Source: Chthonomonadales bacterium (GTDB lineage: Bacteria > Armatimonadota > Chthonomonadetes > Chthonomonadales > Chthonomonadaceae). Taken from it: 27,403 bases of DNA. The notes under the pieces are model-generated. The model searched no databases. It was not told the DNA's origin and saw only the letters and a program-made list of their open reading frames with translations. Within the stretch, counting starts at the first letter, position 1. Every line of letters starts with the position of its first letter. A program made the translations under genes and the position numbers. The stretch lies in NCBI GenBank assembly GCA_038217285.1, contig JBBQPO010000049.1, positions 1-27,403 of the forward strand. Direction: 5' to 3'. Positions 1-8,463 of this stretch are shown here, one piece after another.

Positions 1-44
1 CGGGTGAACAGGTCGTGAAACACCAGATTTACGATCCGTTTCAT
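1..44 (-). CDS. 5' end of a gene running off the window edge (MKRIVNLVFHDLFT...), product unknown
   Basis: Minus-strand ATG at 44 with AAGGAG (61-56) upstream; frame open to position 1. Too short to assign a family. Confidence 0.6.
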   Translation of the reverse strand, partial: MKRIVNLVFHDLFT

Positions 45-245
45 AGCGTCAGTTTCTCCTTCGATCTCCGGAAGACCTCCTCCGGGCCGAGTTCGATGCA
101 GACATACCTCCGCATAATGGTCGCCGACTGTTTTCCTTCCTTGCACAGTCCGGGCGGTTTGCCAGGCGGATCTTGCGGACCTGACCATCCATTCACGAGA
201 GGAGAGCGAGTAATAGGCACATTTTGTCCTATTTCGCCGACATTT

Positions 246-273
246 ACATCTGCGATACGGCATACTTTGATGA
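246..273. promoter_or_regulatory. Copy 1 of a 28-bp shared motif (ACATCTGC-N6-GCATACTT imperfect palindrome)
   Basis: ACATCTGCGATACGGCATACTTTGATGA, 25/28 identical to 3683-3710; both copies are intergenic. Confidence 0.55.
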
Positions 274-338
274 TCCGGATCCTCAAGAGGGGTTTTCTGG
301 TACCGTGGAGAGGCGGAGACTTTGTCAAGGGGTTCGTG

Positions 339-1718
339 TCATTTCGAGGGACGGAGTGTGGTCCAGACCAGGTAGACGTTCAGGACGGCGATGAACGCCG
401 CCATGGTCCATCCGACGGCTTTCGTCAGTCCACCGTTGACGAAAACGCCCATCTTCTTGCGGTCGCTCGTAAACTGGATCAGGGGAATCACGGCAAAGGA
501 CAACTGGAGCGATAGCACCACCTGACTGCCGATGAGCAGCGTTCCCGTGCCCTTCTCCCCATAGAACCCGACGGCGAAGATGGCAGGCACGATGGCGATA
601 CCTCGGGAGATCATCCGGCGCAGCCAGGGCGCCATCTTAAACTGCGTAAAGCCTTCCAGCACGACCTGTCCGGCCATCGTGCCCGTCAGGGTGGAGTTCT
701 GCCCGGAAGCCAGGAGGGCGATGGCGAAGAGCGGCGTGGCGAGGGAGGCGCCCAACAGAGGGGTGAGAAGTTTGTAGGCCCCCTCAATACTGGCGACCTC
801 ATGGTGACCGCTGCGGAAGAAGGCGGCGGCAGCCAGGATGAGAATGGCGGCGTTGATAAAGAACGCCAGGGTGAGGGCAACCGACGAATCGATATACGCG
901 AGGCGAATGGTGTCCTTCAGTTCATGAAGAGTGGTGCCGAAACGGCGCGTCTGGATAATGGAGGAGTGCAGATAGAGGTTGTGCGGCATCACGGTCGCCC
1001 CAACGATGCCAAGCGCGATGTAGAGCATATTATGATCGCGGATCAGGTCTGTATGGATCAGGAATCCGGAGAGGACGCCGCTTCCGCCCCCCCAGTCGGG
1101 ACGCGCATAGAAGATCTCCATGCAGAAGATCACCATCATCGTGCCGATGAGCGTGATCACCAGCGTCTCGATCCAGCGGAAGCCCCTGTTCTGCAAGGCA
1201 AGCACCAACAGCACATCCAGGGCGGTCAGGATCACTCCAAGCACCATCGGTACCTGAAACAGCAGGTTCAGGGCGATGGCCGCCCCGATGACTTCGGCGA
1301 TGTCACACGCCACGATGGCGATCTCCGCCGAAATCCACAGGACCACCGAAAGCTTCTTGCCGTAGGCATCCCGGCAGGCTTGGGCCAGGTCGCGACCGGT
1401 CACGATACCTAACTTGGCCGCCAGGGACTGCAAAAACATCGCCATCAGGCTCGAAATCAGCACGACCGAAAGCAGGCGATATTTGTAGACCGATCCACCG
1501 GCGATATCCGTAGCCCAGTTGCCGGGGTCCATATAGCCGACGGCAACCAGATATCCGGGGCCGATGAAGGCGAATAGCCGCCGCAGCCACGTTGCGTTCT
1601 GCGGAACATGGATGGACCGGTGTACCTCCGGCAGACTGACGCTACCCACCGGGGCGTTCCACCCGGCGGTCGGGAGCGGCTCTTCGGGCACGTCCTCACG
1701 ATACGGAGCCGTATTCAT
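339..1718 (-). CDS. mntH: Nramp-family Mn2+/H+ symporter
   Basis: Nramp signatures GYMDPGNWATD and MPHNLYLHS, many TM segments, located directly downstream of a DtxR/MntR regulator. Confidence 0.96.
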   Translation of the reverse strand: MNTAPYREDVPEEPLPTAGWNAPVGSVSLPEVHRSIHVPQNATWLRRLFAFIGPGYLVAVGYMDPGNWATDIAGGSVYKYRLLSVVLISSLMAMFLQSLAAKLGIVTGRDLAQACRDAYGKKLSVVLWISAEIAIVACDIAEVIGAAIALNLLFQVPMVLGVILTALDVLLVLALQNRGFRWIETLVITLIGTMMVIFCMEIFYARPDWGGGSGVLSGFLIHTDLIRDHNMLYIALGIVGATVMPHNLYLHSSIIQTRRFGTTLHELKDTIRLAYIDSSVALTLAFFINAAILILAAAAFFRSGHHEVASIEGAYKLLTPLLGASLATPLFAIALLASGQNSTLTGTMAGQVVLEGFTQFKMAPWLRRMISRGIAIVPAIFAVGFYGEKGTGTLLIGSQVVLSLQLSFAVIPLIQFTSDRKKMGVFVNGGLTKAVGWTMAAFIAVLNVYLVWTTLRPSK

Positions 1719-1724
1719 CCTCGC

Positions 1725-1747
1725 AAATGTTTCCTTTCCAAACTTAT
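1725..1747. promoter_or_regulatory. Putative MntR operator in front of mntH
   Basis: AT-rich AAATGTTTCCTTTCCAAACTTAT with a GTTT-N7-AAAC dyad and a GGAAAC half-site resembling Bacillus MntR boxes; lies just upstream of the mntH start. Confidence 0.5.
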
Positions 1748-1766
1748 CTACACTCCAACCCCGCCG

Positions 1767-2435
1767 TTAAGAAGGGGTCTCGGCTTCTTTCTCGACGAAA
1801 ATCTGCTCGGCGGCCTGTGGCGCGACCCGCACCCGATCCCCACCGACCCGCACCACGAACGCACCGCCAAAGGGCTCCTGCTCGACGAACTCGATCGCCG
1901 TACCAGGCAGCAGTCCCAGCTTTTTGAGATGCCTCAATAGTTCGGCGTCCTCGTCGCGCACCCGCCGAATGGTGAGAGCGGCGGGAGCCTGTTGCTGCGC
2001 CAGGGTCTGTCGGGAAACAGGGGGCATGACCCCCTCCCGCGTTGGTATGGGGTCTCCGTGCGGGCAGGCGACGGGATGGCCGAGCAGCGCATCGATTCTC
2101 TCTTCGAACTCTTCGCTAATGTGATGTTCCAGGCGTTCCGCCTCGGCATGCACCTCATCCCAGCCATAGCCCAAAGCCTGCACCAGATAGATCTCCAGGA
2201 GACGATGATGCCGAATGATCTCCAGGGCCATTTTCTCGCCGGCGGGGGTCAGGCTGACACCCTGATAGGGCCGATGTTCGACCAGACGCAGTTCCGTCAG
2301 ACGTCTGAGCATCTTGCTGACCGCAGGCGCACTGACGCCCACGCGGGCGGCCAGATCCTGCGTACTGACTTCGTCGGCCTCGAGGCGGGCTTTATAGATC
2401 CCTTTGATATAATCTTCGACGGAAGGGGAAGACAT
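1767..2435 (-). CDS. mntR: DtxR/MntR-family metal-dependent repressor with C-terminal FeoA domain
   Basis: SVEDYIKGIY HTH start, RHHRLLEIYL, HAEAERLEHHIS, CPHGDPIP and a FeoA-like tail. Start set at ATG 2435 behind an AAGGA RBS. Confidence 0.93.
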   Translation of the reverse strand: MSSPSVEDYIKGIYKARLEADEVSTQDLAARVGVSAPAVSKMLRRLTELRLVEHRPYQGVSLTPAGEKMALEIIRHHRLLEIYLVQALGYGWDEVHAEAERLEHHISEEFEERIDALLGHPVACPHGDPIPTREGVMPPVSRQTLAQQQAPAALTIRRVRDEDAELLRHLKKLGLLPGTAIEFVEQEPFGGAFVVRVGGDRVRVAPQAAEQIFVEKEAETPS

Positions 2436-2499
2436 AGGCGTGTCCTTACCGAAATGAGATAGGGTCAACAAGGAAATGCACCGCAGTTAAATCTGCTGA

Positions 2500-2512
2500 G
2501 GGTATTATACCC
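2500..2512 (-). promoter_or_regulatory. Sigma70-type -10 box for mntR, inside the dyad GGGTAT-A-ATACCC
   Basis: Minus-strand TATAAT at 2509-2504, about 70 nt upstream of the start; no clear -35. Confidence 0.5.
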
Positions 2513-2663
2513 GCTATGAACCCGGTTTCGCCAACAATATTTACCGTGGTTAAAATCGACGCGGCTCGTAAGGGTTGTTCGACGTGAGGCAAGACGGGAA
2601 GGCGGGTGGAAGCGGGGGGCAAGATAGGCAGACTGACGACTACCTGGCTCACCTGGGAGTTGG

Positions 2664-2939
2664 TCAGTGAATAAGCTTGGTGGGCTTGTCGGGCCGGATC
2701 TGCAGCCCAACGGGCATGAACAGCAGAAGCAACCGTGAAGGCAGTCTCACCAGATGTTCGGTGAGAATCAGTTGTTCCGTCTTTTCATCATCGATCAGCC
2801 GGCGCATTACCACCCAGTCATCGGTAATTTCATGGAGAAGATACATACCTGTGGGCAGTTCTTGAAGCGGCGTGAGCAAAGCCAATACTTCACCGGGTTC
2901 ATAATCTGGGGTTATTGAGCTTTTTCGGTTACCCGGCAT
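2664..2939 (-). CDS. Small hypothetical protein (91 aa)
   Basis: ATG with GAGG RBS, protein-like composition, fills an otherwise empty gap. Confidence 0.6.
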   Translation of the reverse strand: MPGNRKSSITPDYEPGEVLALLTPLQELPTGMYLLHEITDDWVVMRRLIDDEKTEQLILTEHLVRLPSRLLLLFMPVGLQIRPDKPTKLIH

Positions 2940-3196
2940 ATCGTCCTCGCCAATTACGGTCTTTCAATTGCGCGACAATTCACGATCTAGGGGTTGGACG
3001 TGCCGCACAGGCGATGAGTTCCGCGCATTCATACTTTAAGGCGACTGGTGCTGGAAACTATTGATATCGAAGGCGAGGAGTTGGTGGAGAAATTCAAAAT
3101 GCGGATGATTAGGAAGGCGCGGGAGGCAGGAACGCACGTCTCAGCGAGGCGTGCCCTGGCCTGCGTGTAAACGGACTATAAGGGCCTCGCTACGCC

Positions 3197-3610
3197 CTAT
3201 TTGTTGTCTACGCCCGGCTCGAACTTCCCATGCGTCAGGGGATACGTCGCGCTGCAGAATACCTGGAAGGTGGAGTTCGAGGAGCTATTGCCCACGCCGA
3301 GCGTATAGGTGCCCCCGTTTGGGCAGACCGGAACCGACGAAAGGTCGGGAAGGTTGGTGACGACGACGCCGCCCGTGATAAGGGAGCCGAAGTCGGCAGA
3401 CCGACTCTTGACGCGGGCCGCCATCACCGCGTTGGAGATGGACTGCATATTGGAGCGGCAGACCTTCTTGCGCGAATCGTCGACGGCGTTAAGGTAGAGT
3501 GGAAACGCTACGGTCATCAGGATGGACACGATGAGGATCGCCGTGAGGAGCTCGACAAGCGTAAAGCCTTTACTTTTGCGGCGCTTAGAAATAGACTGTC
3601 TTCTGTGCAT
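3197..3610 (-). CDS. Type IV pilin / pseudopilin-like protein with class III signal peptide
   Basis: Basic leader RRKSKG|FTLVELL followed by a hydrophobic helix; PVCPNGGTY and C...HG in the head domain; AAGGAGG RBS. Confidence 0.9.
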   Translation of the reverse strand: MHRRQSISKRRKSKGFTLVELLTAILIVSILMTVAFPLYLNAVDDSRKKVCRSNMQSISNAVMAARVKSRSADFGSLITGGVVVTNLPDLSSVPVCPNGGTYTLGVGNSSSNSTFQVFCSATYPLTHGKFEPGVDNK

Positions 3611-3682
3611 AAGAACCTCCTTGCGGAAAGGCCGGGTCGTGACGATATATCTACCTAATCTACCTTAAACCTATCGAACAGG

Positions 3683-3710
3683 ACATCTGCGAAACGGCAT
3701 ATTTTGCTGA
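3683..3710. promoter_or_regulatory. Copy 2 of the 28-bp shared motif, between the divergent pilin and rho-like genes
   Basis: ACATCTGCGAAACGGCATATTTTGCTGA, 3 mismatches to 246-273. Confidence 0.55.
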
Positions 3711-3759
3711 ACCGTAAAAATCTTTAACTCTTTATTCCTCGCGGCAAACGTGAAAGACG

Positions 3760-3768
3760 TGCTAGAAT
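3760..3768 (+). promoter_or_regulatory. Extended -10 promoter (TGcTAGAAT) for the rho-like gene
   Basis: TGn + TAGAAT about 90 nt upstream of ATG 3858. Confidence 0.5.
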
Positions 3769-3857
3769 AGAGACAACGATCTGTTGTCGTGTAGATGCTG
3801 TCCAGAACGTGATTCCGGCTCTATGCGAGGCGGAATGGGAAGCAGGGAGAAGAGGCT

Positions 3858-5180
3858 ATGGCCCTGAATATCGGCCAGAATGGAATCGTCTTTCGGCAGG
3901 ACGATGGGTCCGTCGCGATCCTGCGTCCGGGGCGCAACGGCGGATCAGGAACACAGATTGCGGTCCCGCCCGAGCTTGCGGAAGCCTTCCGTTTGACGGT
4001 AGGGGACATCGCTTGCGGCGAAATACAGCCCCTTCCGCTGGAAACGACGCCGTCGTATCCAGAGGTGGAACTGGAGCGGCAGGCCGACTGGGACGCCCAG
4101 TTCGACGAACCCAACCCGGATCATGCCGCTGCGCTTCCGACCGTTCGCATCGAGCGCCCCCGGACGCATCAACTTGTATCCATAACAAAAATCAATGGCT
4201 TGCCGGACCTCATTCCCGGTCCCGATGAGACTGGGATCCTGGGACTGGCCGACCGTCCCTTTCCGCAAACGAGACGCTCTCGTTCGGAACGCACGCCGCC
4301 CGACCGCTGGTTGGAACTCGCGGACGGGCATAACCATGCCACAGGACGTACGCTGGATTTTGCGGCCCCACTCGGAGCGGGCGTCTGCGGTTTGGTCTAC
4401 GGGCCACACGGCGCGGGACTGACGCGGACGCTGCAGTCCGTGCTGAACGGCATCGTCAAAAACGCGCCGGACTGTGTGCCATTGGTCCTGTTACTGCGTC
4501 CGAGAGCCGAAGAAGCGACCGAATGGCGGCGACGATTTCCGCAGGCAGATATTGTTGTCGGATCTGGGGCGTTCAGCGAAAGCACCCCCCAGCAGACCTT
4601 GCAGATCTGCGACCTTATGCTCGAAGCCGCCCAGCGTCAGACCGAGCTGGGCCGCGACGTCGTGCTTCTGGTCGATTCGCTCACCGCGCTCTGGGGCACG
4701 ATGCTGGAAGCGGAGCAAGCCGATGCCCAACGAGAGGCCGACGCCTCCCTTTCGCGCCGCCGCATGCGGGAGTGGGTCCAGAAAGCCGGCTGTTTCCACG
4801 GCGAATCGCCGCTCGGCGGCGGACTGGGCGGCTCCCTGACCCTGCTCGGAACCGTCTGGCATCAGACGATCAACTCGGAGGCCGAGGAGGAGCACGACCT
4901 CCATCCGCACCTGCGACTGCTGGAGCATATACTGCCGGAAGCTGCCTGGCTCGTCCCGCTATCCGACACACTCGCACGCCAGAGACTCTATCCGACCATC
5001 GATGTTAAACGGTGCCGTTCACAGAACGAAGAACGGTTGCTGCCCGTCGACAGCAGGGAGAGGCACCTGAAGGCACGCGGCTCTCTTCCCGACCGAGACC
5101 CGCCGGTCTGTTATCTACGCCTGCAGCAGGCGCTCGACGCTTCGACGGATCGGGAGGGCTTACTCAAAGCCCTCGGCTAG
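3858..5180 (+). CDS. Divergent transcription termination factor Rho paralog, predicted ATPase-inactive
   Basis: Collinear Rho motifs: FRLTVGD (OB fold), INGLP, RTLDFAAPLGAG, GRDVVLLVDSLT (Walker B), GGSLTLLGT, RLYPTID...EERLL. Walker A reads GPHGAGLT. Confidence 0.85.
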   Translation: MALNIGQNGIVFRQDDGSVAILRPGRNGGSGTQIAVPPELAEAFRLTVGDIACGEIQPLPLETTPSYPEVELERQADWDAQFDEPNPDHAAALPTVRIERPRTHQLVSITKINGLPDLIPGPDETGILGLADRPFPQTRRSRSERTPPDRWLELADGHNHATGRTLDFAAPLGAGVCGLVYGPHGAGLTRTLQSVLNGIVKNAPDCVPLVLLLRPRAEEATEWRRRFPQADIVVGSGAFSESTPQQTLQICDLMLEAAQRQTELGRDVVLLVDSLTALWGTMLEAEQADAQREADASLSRRRMREWVQKAGCFHGESPLGGGLGGSLTLLGTVWHQTINSEAEEEHDLHPHLRLLEHILPEAAWLVPLSDTLARQRLYPTIDVKRCRSQNEERLLPVDSRERHLKARGSLPDRDPPVCYLRLQQALDASTDREGLLKALG

Positions 5181-5258
5181 ACGGAAACCCCCAACCAAAA
5201 AAGCCGTTCTCCCCGGCGACGACGGGGCAGTCACTCTAAGCGGCCAACCGCTGAAGGT

Positions 5259-5309
5259 TCGTAATTTCTACGAGGCCAGCGAGATCAGCACGCGCGAAAT
5301 TTCTACGAG
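5259..5309. repeat. Two AATTTCTACGAG direct repeats 35 bp apart; the first forms a TCGTA-N5-TACGA palindrome
   Basis: Exact 12-mers at 5263-5274 and 5298-5309, upstream of the ferritin gene. Confidence 0.6.
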
Positions 5310-5401
5310 CGTTGACCGGACGGCTACTTAGTACCGAGGAACTATCGGGGTGAACGAGCAGGGGTATGGACAAAGGAGAACGCAGTTGCGGTTCTATCCA
5401 G

Positions 5402-5428
5402 GGAACCTGAGCTGGCTCATACGCGTCT
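5402..5428 (+). promoter_or_regulatory. ECF sigma-type promoter GGAACC-N16-CGTCT
   Basis: Matches the generic ECF GGAAC/CGT geometry; the same layout recurs at 17655-17681. Confidence 0.6.
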
Positions 5429-5532
5429 GGTCTAAAGTCCGTTAGAAGAAAGCGGGCTGTTCAGAAACCGTGTCTATCACAGCAAAAATTCCGTTCACGG
5501 TGCCACGAGGCCCCGACTCGAAGGAGAGAAAT

Positions 5533-6009
5533 ATGTCCCACCCCGAAGATCTGACGATCACCCGTAAGCAGCTCATCGATCTCCTGAACGAAGACCTGTC
5601 GCGCGAGTACCAGGCCATAATCGCCTATATCAACTATTCCCAGGTGCTGAAAGGCGCTGAGTATATGAGTATCGCGAAAGAACTGGAAGTTCACGCCGGC
5701 GAGGAACTCGCGCATGCCCTGACCATCGCAGGCCAGATCGACTATCTGGGCGGGATGCCAACCGTGACGCCACAGCCGGTGAAAACGTCGGAGAAGCCCC
5801 AGGATATGCTGCGCTTCGATCTCGATAACGAGAACGTGACCATCGCCAACTACCGTGTTCGCGTTCGGCAGTGCGAGGCGCTGGGCGAGTATGCCATCGC
5901 GGAGAATATCCGGCGCATTCTGGTGCAGGAGCAGGAGCATCAGATCGATCTCGCCACCGCACTTGGTGTGGACGTTCCCGACGTGACGACCCCGGAACAG
6001 CGCGCGTAG
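5533..6009 (+). CDS. Ferritin-like (bacterioferritin-type) diiron protein
   Basis: LNEDLSREYQAIIAY, EELAHA and QEQEHQ ferroxidase-type ExxH motifs; AAGGAG RBS before ATG 5533. Confidence 0.9.
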   Translation: MSHPEDLTITRKQLIDLLNEDLSREYQAIIAYINYSQVLKGAEYMSIAKELEVHAGEELAHALTIAGQIDYLGGMPTVTPQPVKTSEKPQDMLRFDLDNENVTIANYRVRVRQCEALGEYAIAENIRRILVQEQEHQIDLATALGVDVPDVTTPEQRA

Positions 6010-6110
6010 AGCGCTCTTCCCTTTAGCAGTGCTGTGGGGGAGGGAGGAGAACGGCATTGGCCGGGCGAATCGTAGAGGGTGCGATGTCATCTTTCCCGTG
6101 GAGGTTTCCT

Positions 6111-6617
6111 ATGCGCCCGATACTCGGCACAATGGTCATTGGCACTTTATTCGCGATGGCCGGTCCGGCACATGCCGACGACGCGGCAGTTCAAAAAACG
6201 CTGTTGGCCAACTACGCTAAAATCTCTGATGCCTTACGCAAAAGCGATTTTGCGGCGGTTTCCGAATTTATGACGACGGACTATGTCGCGACGCAGCCCA
6301 AGGGTCAAAAATTGAACCGTGATCAGGCTCTCGCCGCCATGACCCAACAACGTGAGGTCATGTTCTCGGCGGACTGGCAACGCAAGATCTCGAAATTGAC
6401 GGTGAACCAGAACGAAGCCGTCGCAACGGTTCAGAGCCGTATGTTCGGCATTATGTCCGATCCACAGGGGCAGCACCACAAACTGCTTATGATCACTTCC
6501 AGCAAAGACACCTGGGTGAAAGGCGGCGGTCGCTGGAAGCTCAAGTCGTACCGGTTCCTCACCGGCTCCATGTCGCTGGATGGAAAACCGCTGGCGCCCG
6601 CCGCACTCGGAAAATAG
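6111..6617 (+). CDS. Secreted NTF2-like (DUF4440/SnoaL-type) protein
   Basis: Signal peptide ending AHA-DD; terminal DTWVKGGGRWKL typical of NTF2-like folds; GGAGG RBS before ATG 6111. Confidence 0.8.
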   Translation: MRPILGTMVIGTLFAMAGPAHADDAAVQKTLLANYAKISDALRKSDFAAVSEFMTTDYVATQPKGQKLNRDQALAAMTQQREVMFSADWQRKISKLTVNQNEAVATVQSRMFGIMSDPQGQHHKLLMITSSKDTWVKGGGRWKLKSYRFLTGSMSLDGKPLAPAALGK

Positions 6618-6670
6618 CCTGCTCTTCCACGGTTGGCTCCCAATCCGAACAACGCCGTAATCAAGGGCCT

Positions 6671-7297
6671 CTACGAAGAGCCGATACGCGTGGACGCTCC
6701 CTGATCTAGCGGGTAGAGGAAACGCCGGAAGAGCCGGGTCAGGCGGGGAAGCACTCCGTAGAGCATGATCGGCACGAACAGAGAGGAGTGGATGAGAACC
6801 CGCAGCCACACCGGAAGCGGCGCGATCAGAGGATTCAAGGTGACACCGAATACCACGCCGACGAGGTAGACGCCGAGCCAGGTGACCAGCGCCACGCGAT
6901 GACGATTTGGCAGACGCGGCTTCTCCTCTCCCGGCAGCGTGAACCAGACTTCGAGGCCCGTGACATCGGACCGCTGTGAGGGCGCCACCAGAAGGTCTTC
7001 CATCCGATAGAGACAGGCGCGCCGCTCGGCGGAGTCTTCCCACGCTTGCAGGCTGCTCATGCGGTCGAACTTGAAGACGACGCGGTACTCGGGGGCAGCG
7101 GGATCGACCGGCCGAAAGACACTGGCGCCCATGTGACCTGGGGCATGGACGACGGCGCGAAGAATCTCGCCCATCACCGCTTCGAAACGCCCTTCGCAGC
7201 CGGGGCGGATCCGACGGGAGATATAGACGGTGACCGGCGGGTCGCTGTCCGTAGACATTGCGAGTCCCGCAGGCACAGGTGTGTCGGCGAGTGTCAT
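6671..7297 (-). CDS. Antibiotic-biosynthesis-monooxygenase (ABM) family protein with two C-terminal TM helices
   Basis: PVTVYISRRIRPG...PGHMG...YRVVFKFD...AWEDSAER, TGLEVWF, then ALVTWLGVY hydrophobic helices. AAGGAGG RBS before ATG 7297 (alternative start 7258). Confidence 0.85.
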   Translation of the reverse strand: MTLADTPVPAGLAMSTDSDPPVTVYISRRIRPGCEGRFEAVMGEILRAVVHAPGHMGASVFRPVDPAAPEYRVVFKFDRMSSLQAWEDSAERRACLYRMEDLLVAPSQRSDVTGLEVWFTLPGEEKPRLPNRHRVALVTWLGVYLVGVVFGVTLNPLIAPLPVWLRVLIHSSLFVPIMLYGVLPRLTRLFRRFLYPLDQGASTRIGSS

Positions 7298-7460
7298 AGC
7301 CTGATGGGCCTCCTTGATGTGTGCGCGCCACCGGTTGGGTAGGCCACACGCGGAACCGGCAGGCCCGAGCAGACGGGTAGTCGCTTCAGGCTGCAAGTCG
7401 TGGGGAACATGCTCCTTTACGTGCGCCCGCTCGCCCCGGTTCCCAACCCCAGGGCAGGAA

Positions 7461-7469
7461 TGGTATAAT
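7461..7469 (+). promoter_or_regulatory. Extended -10 promoter TGgTATAAT giving a leaderless transcript
   Basis: Perfect TGnTATAAT ending 6 nt before ATG 7476; no Shine-Dalgarno sequence. Confidence 0.7.
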
Positions 7470-7475
7470 ACCGGC

Positions 7476-8336
7476 ATGAAATTTACACCCGAACAGCTTG
7501 CACTGCTCCCGACCGATGAGGACGTCCGGTACTATCAGGAGCGCGGTTACTATCATTCGAAAACGCTTTTCTCCGCTGAGGAGATAGACGCCGTTCTGGA
7601 CGCGAGTGATCGCTTCTATGCCGGGGAGGTGGACGAGCCACCTGTCAACGTTCCGCATCTCGACCGTTTTCGACCGAAGGCGCCGTACGGCGCGGGGCTG
7701 CGCAAAAGCGACCAGTCCTCCATGTTCAGCCATGTTCTGCGCGGACTGGTGACGCATCCGATGATCGGCGCTGTCGCTGCGCGCCTCTGCGGGTCGCCTC
7801 ATATCCGGCTGTGGCACGATCAGTTGCTCTACAAGCCTCCGCAGGATCCGCTCAAGGCAACGAATGTCGGCTGGCATACCGACCGGGGCTACTGGAAGAC
7901 ATGTACCTCTCCCAACATGCTGACGGCCTGGATTCCTTTCCACGACTGCGACGCGCAGATGGGCACGATCACCATGATCGACGGCAGCCAACGCTGGCCG
8001 GACAATACCGATCATCTCGACTTCTTCAGCAGCGACCTGGACGGGCTCGAAAAGAAGTTCAGTACCGGGGGGCAGCCCATCGTCAAAGTGCCGATGAATC
8101 TCCTGAAAGGCCAGGTGAGCTTTCACAACTGCCTGACGATTCACGGCAGCGGTCCCAACTACAGCGAACAGCCGCGCCGCTCCATTGCCGTCCATCTGCA
8201 GGACGACTCGAACCGTTATCAGGAGTTCCACTATCCCGATGGTCGCCTCGCGCACCATGATCTGGACGCGCTATGCCGCAAAATCGAGGGCGTCCCCGAC
8301 TACACCGATCCCGACTTCTGCCCCACAATCTACTGA
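7476..8336 (+). CDS. Phytanoyl-CoA dioxygenase (PhyH) family Fe(II)/2OG dioxygenase
   Basis: WHDQLLYKPP, GWHTD (HxD), LTAWIP, FHNCLTIHGSGPN...RRS. Confidence 0.9.
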   Translation: MKFTPEQLALLPTDEDVRYYQERGYYHSKTLFSAEEIDAVLDASDRFYAGEVDEPPVNVPHLDRFRPKAPYGAGLRKSDQSSMFSHVLRGLVTHPMIGAVAARLCGSPHIRLWHDQLLYKPPQDPLKATNVGWHTDRGYWKTCTSPNMLTAWIPFHDCDAQMGTITMIDGSQRWPDNTDHLDFFSSDLDGLEKKFSTGGQPIVKVPMNLLKGQVSFHNCLTIHGSGPNYSEQPRRSIAVHLQDDSNRYQEFHYPDGRLAHHDLDALCRKIEGVPDYTDPDFCPTIY

Positions 8337-8382
8337 TGTGACCGCAACACCCTGCGCGGCATTAGACACGAGGCATACATGT

Positions 8383-8429
8383 AGAGACCCCAATACGTTG
8401 CCTGCAAAGGCATGCGGATCGGGGTCTCT
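8383..8429. terminator. Hairpin between convergent genes
   Basis: AGAGACCCC...TGCCT-GCAA-AGGCA...GGGGTCTCT inverted repeat; no strong U tail. Confidence 0.55.
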
Positions 8430-8463
8430 GTTCGCTACTCAACGTACTGTATTGTGGCGGAGC

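Noticed and set aside
41-328. 95-aa ORF downstream of mntH
   Set aside because: No motifs or clear RBS; it spans the regulatory region and RBS of the next gene.
2436-2500. yybP-ykoY Mn riboswitch before mntR
   Set aside because: Leader too short and conserved junction motifs not seen.
3694-3707. Sigma-54 promoter (GGCATATTTTGC)
   Set aside because: GG to GC spacing is 8 nt, not the required 10.
5263-5309. AATTTCTAC repeats resembling the Cas12a CRISPR repeat
   Set aside because: Only two 12-mers, no GTAGAT stem partner, period too short and no cas genes in the window.
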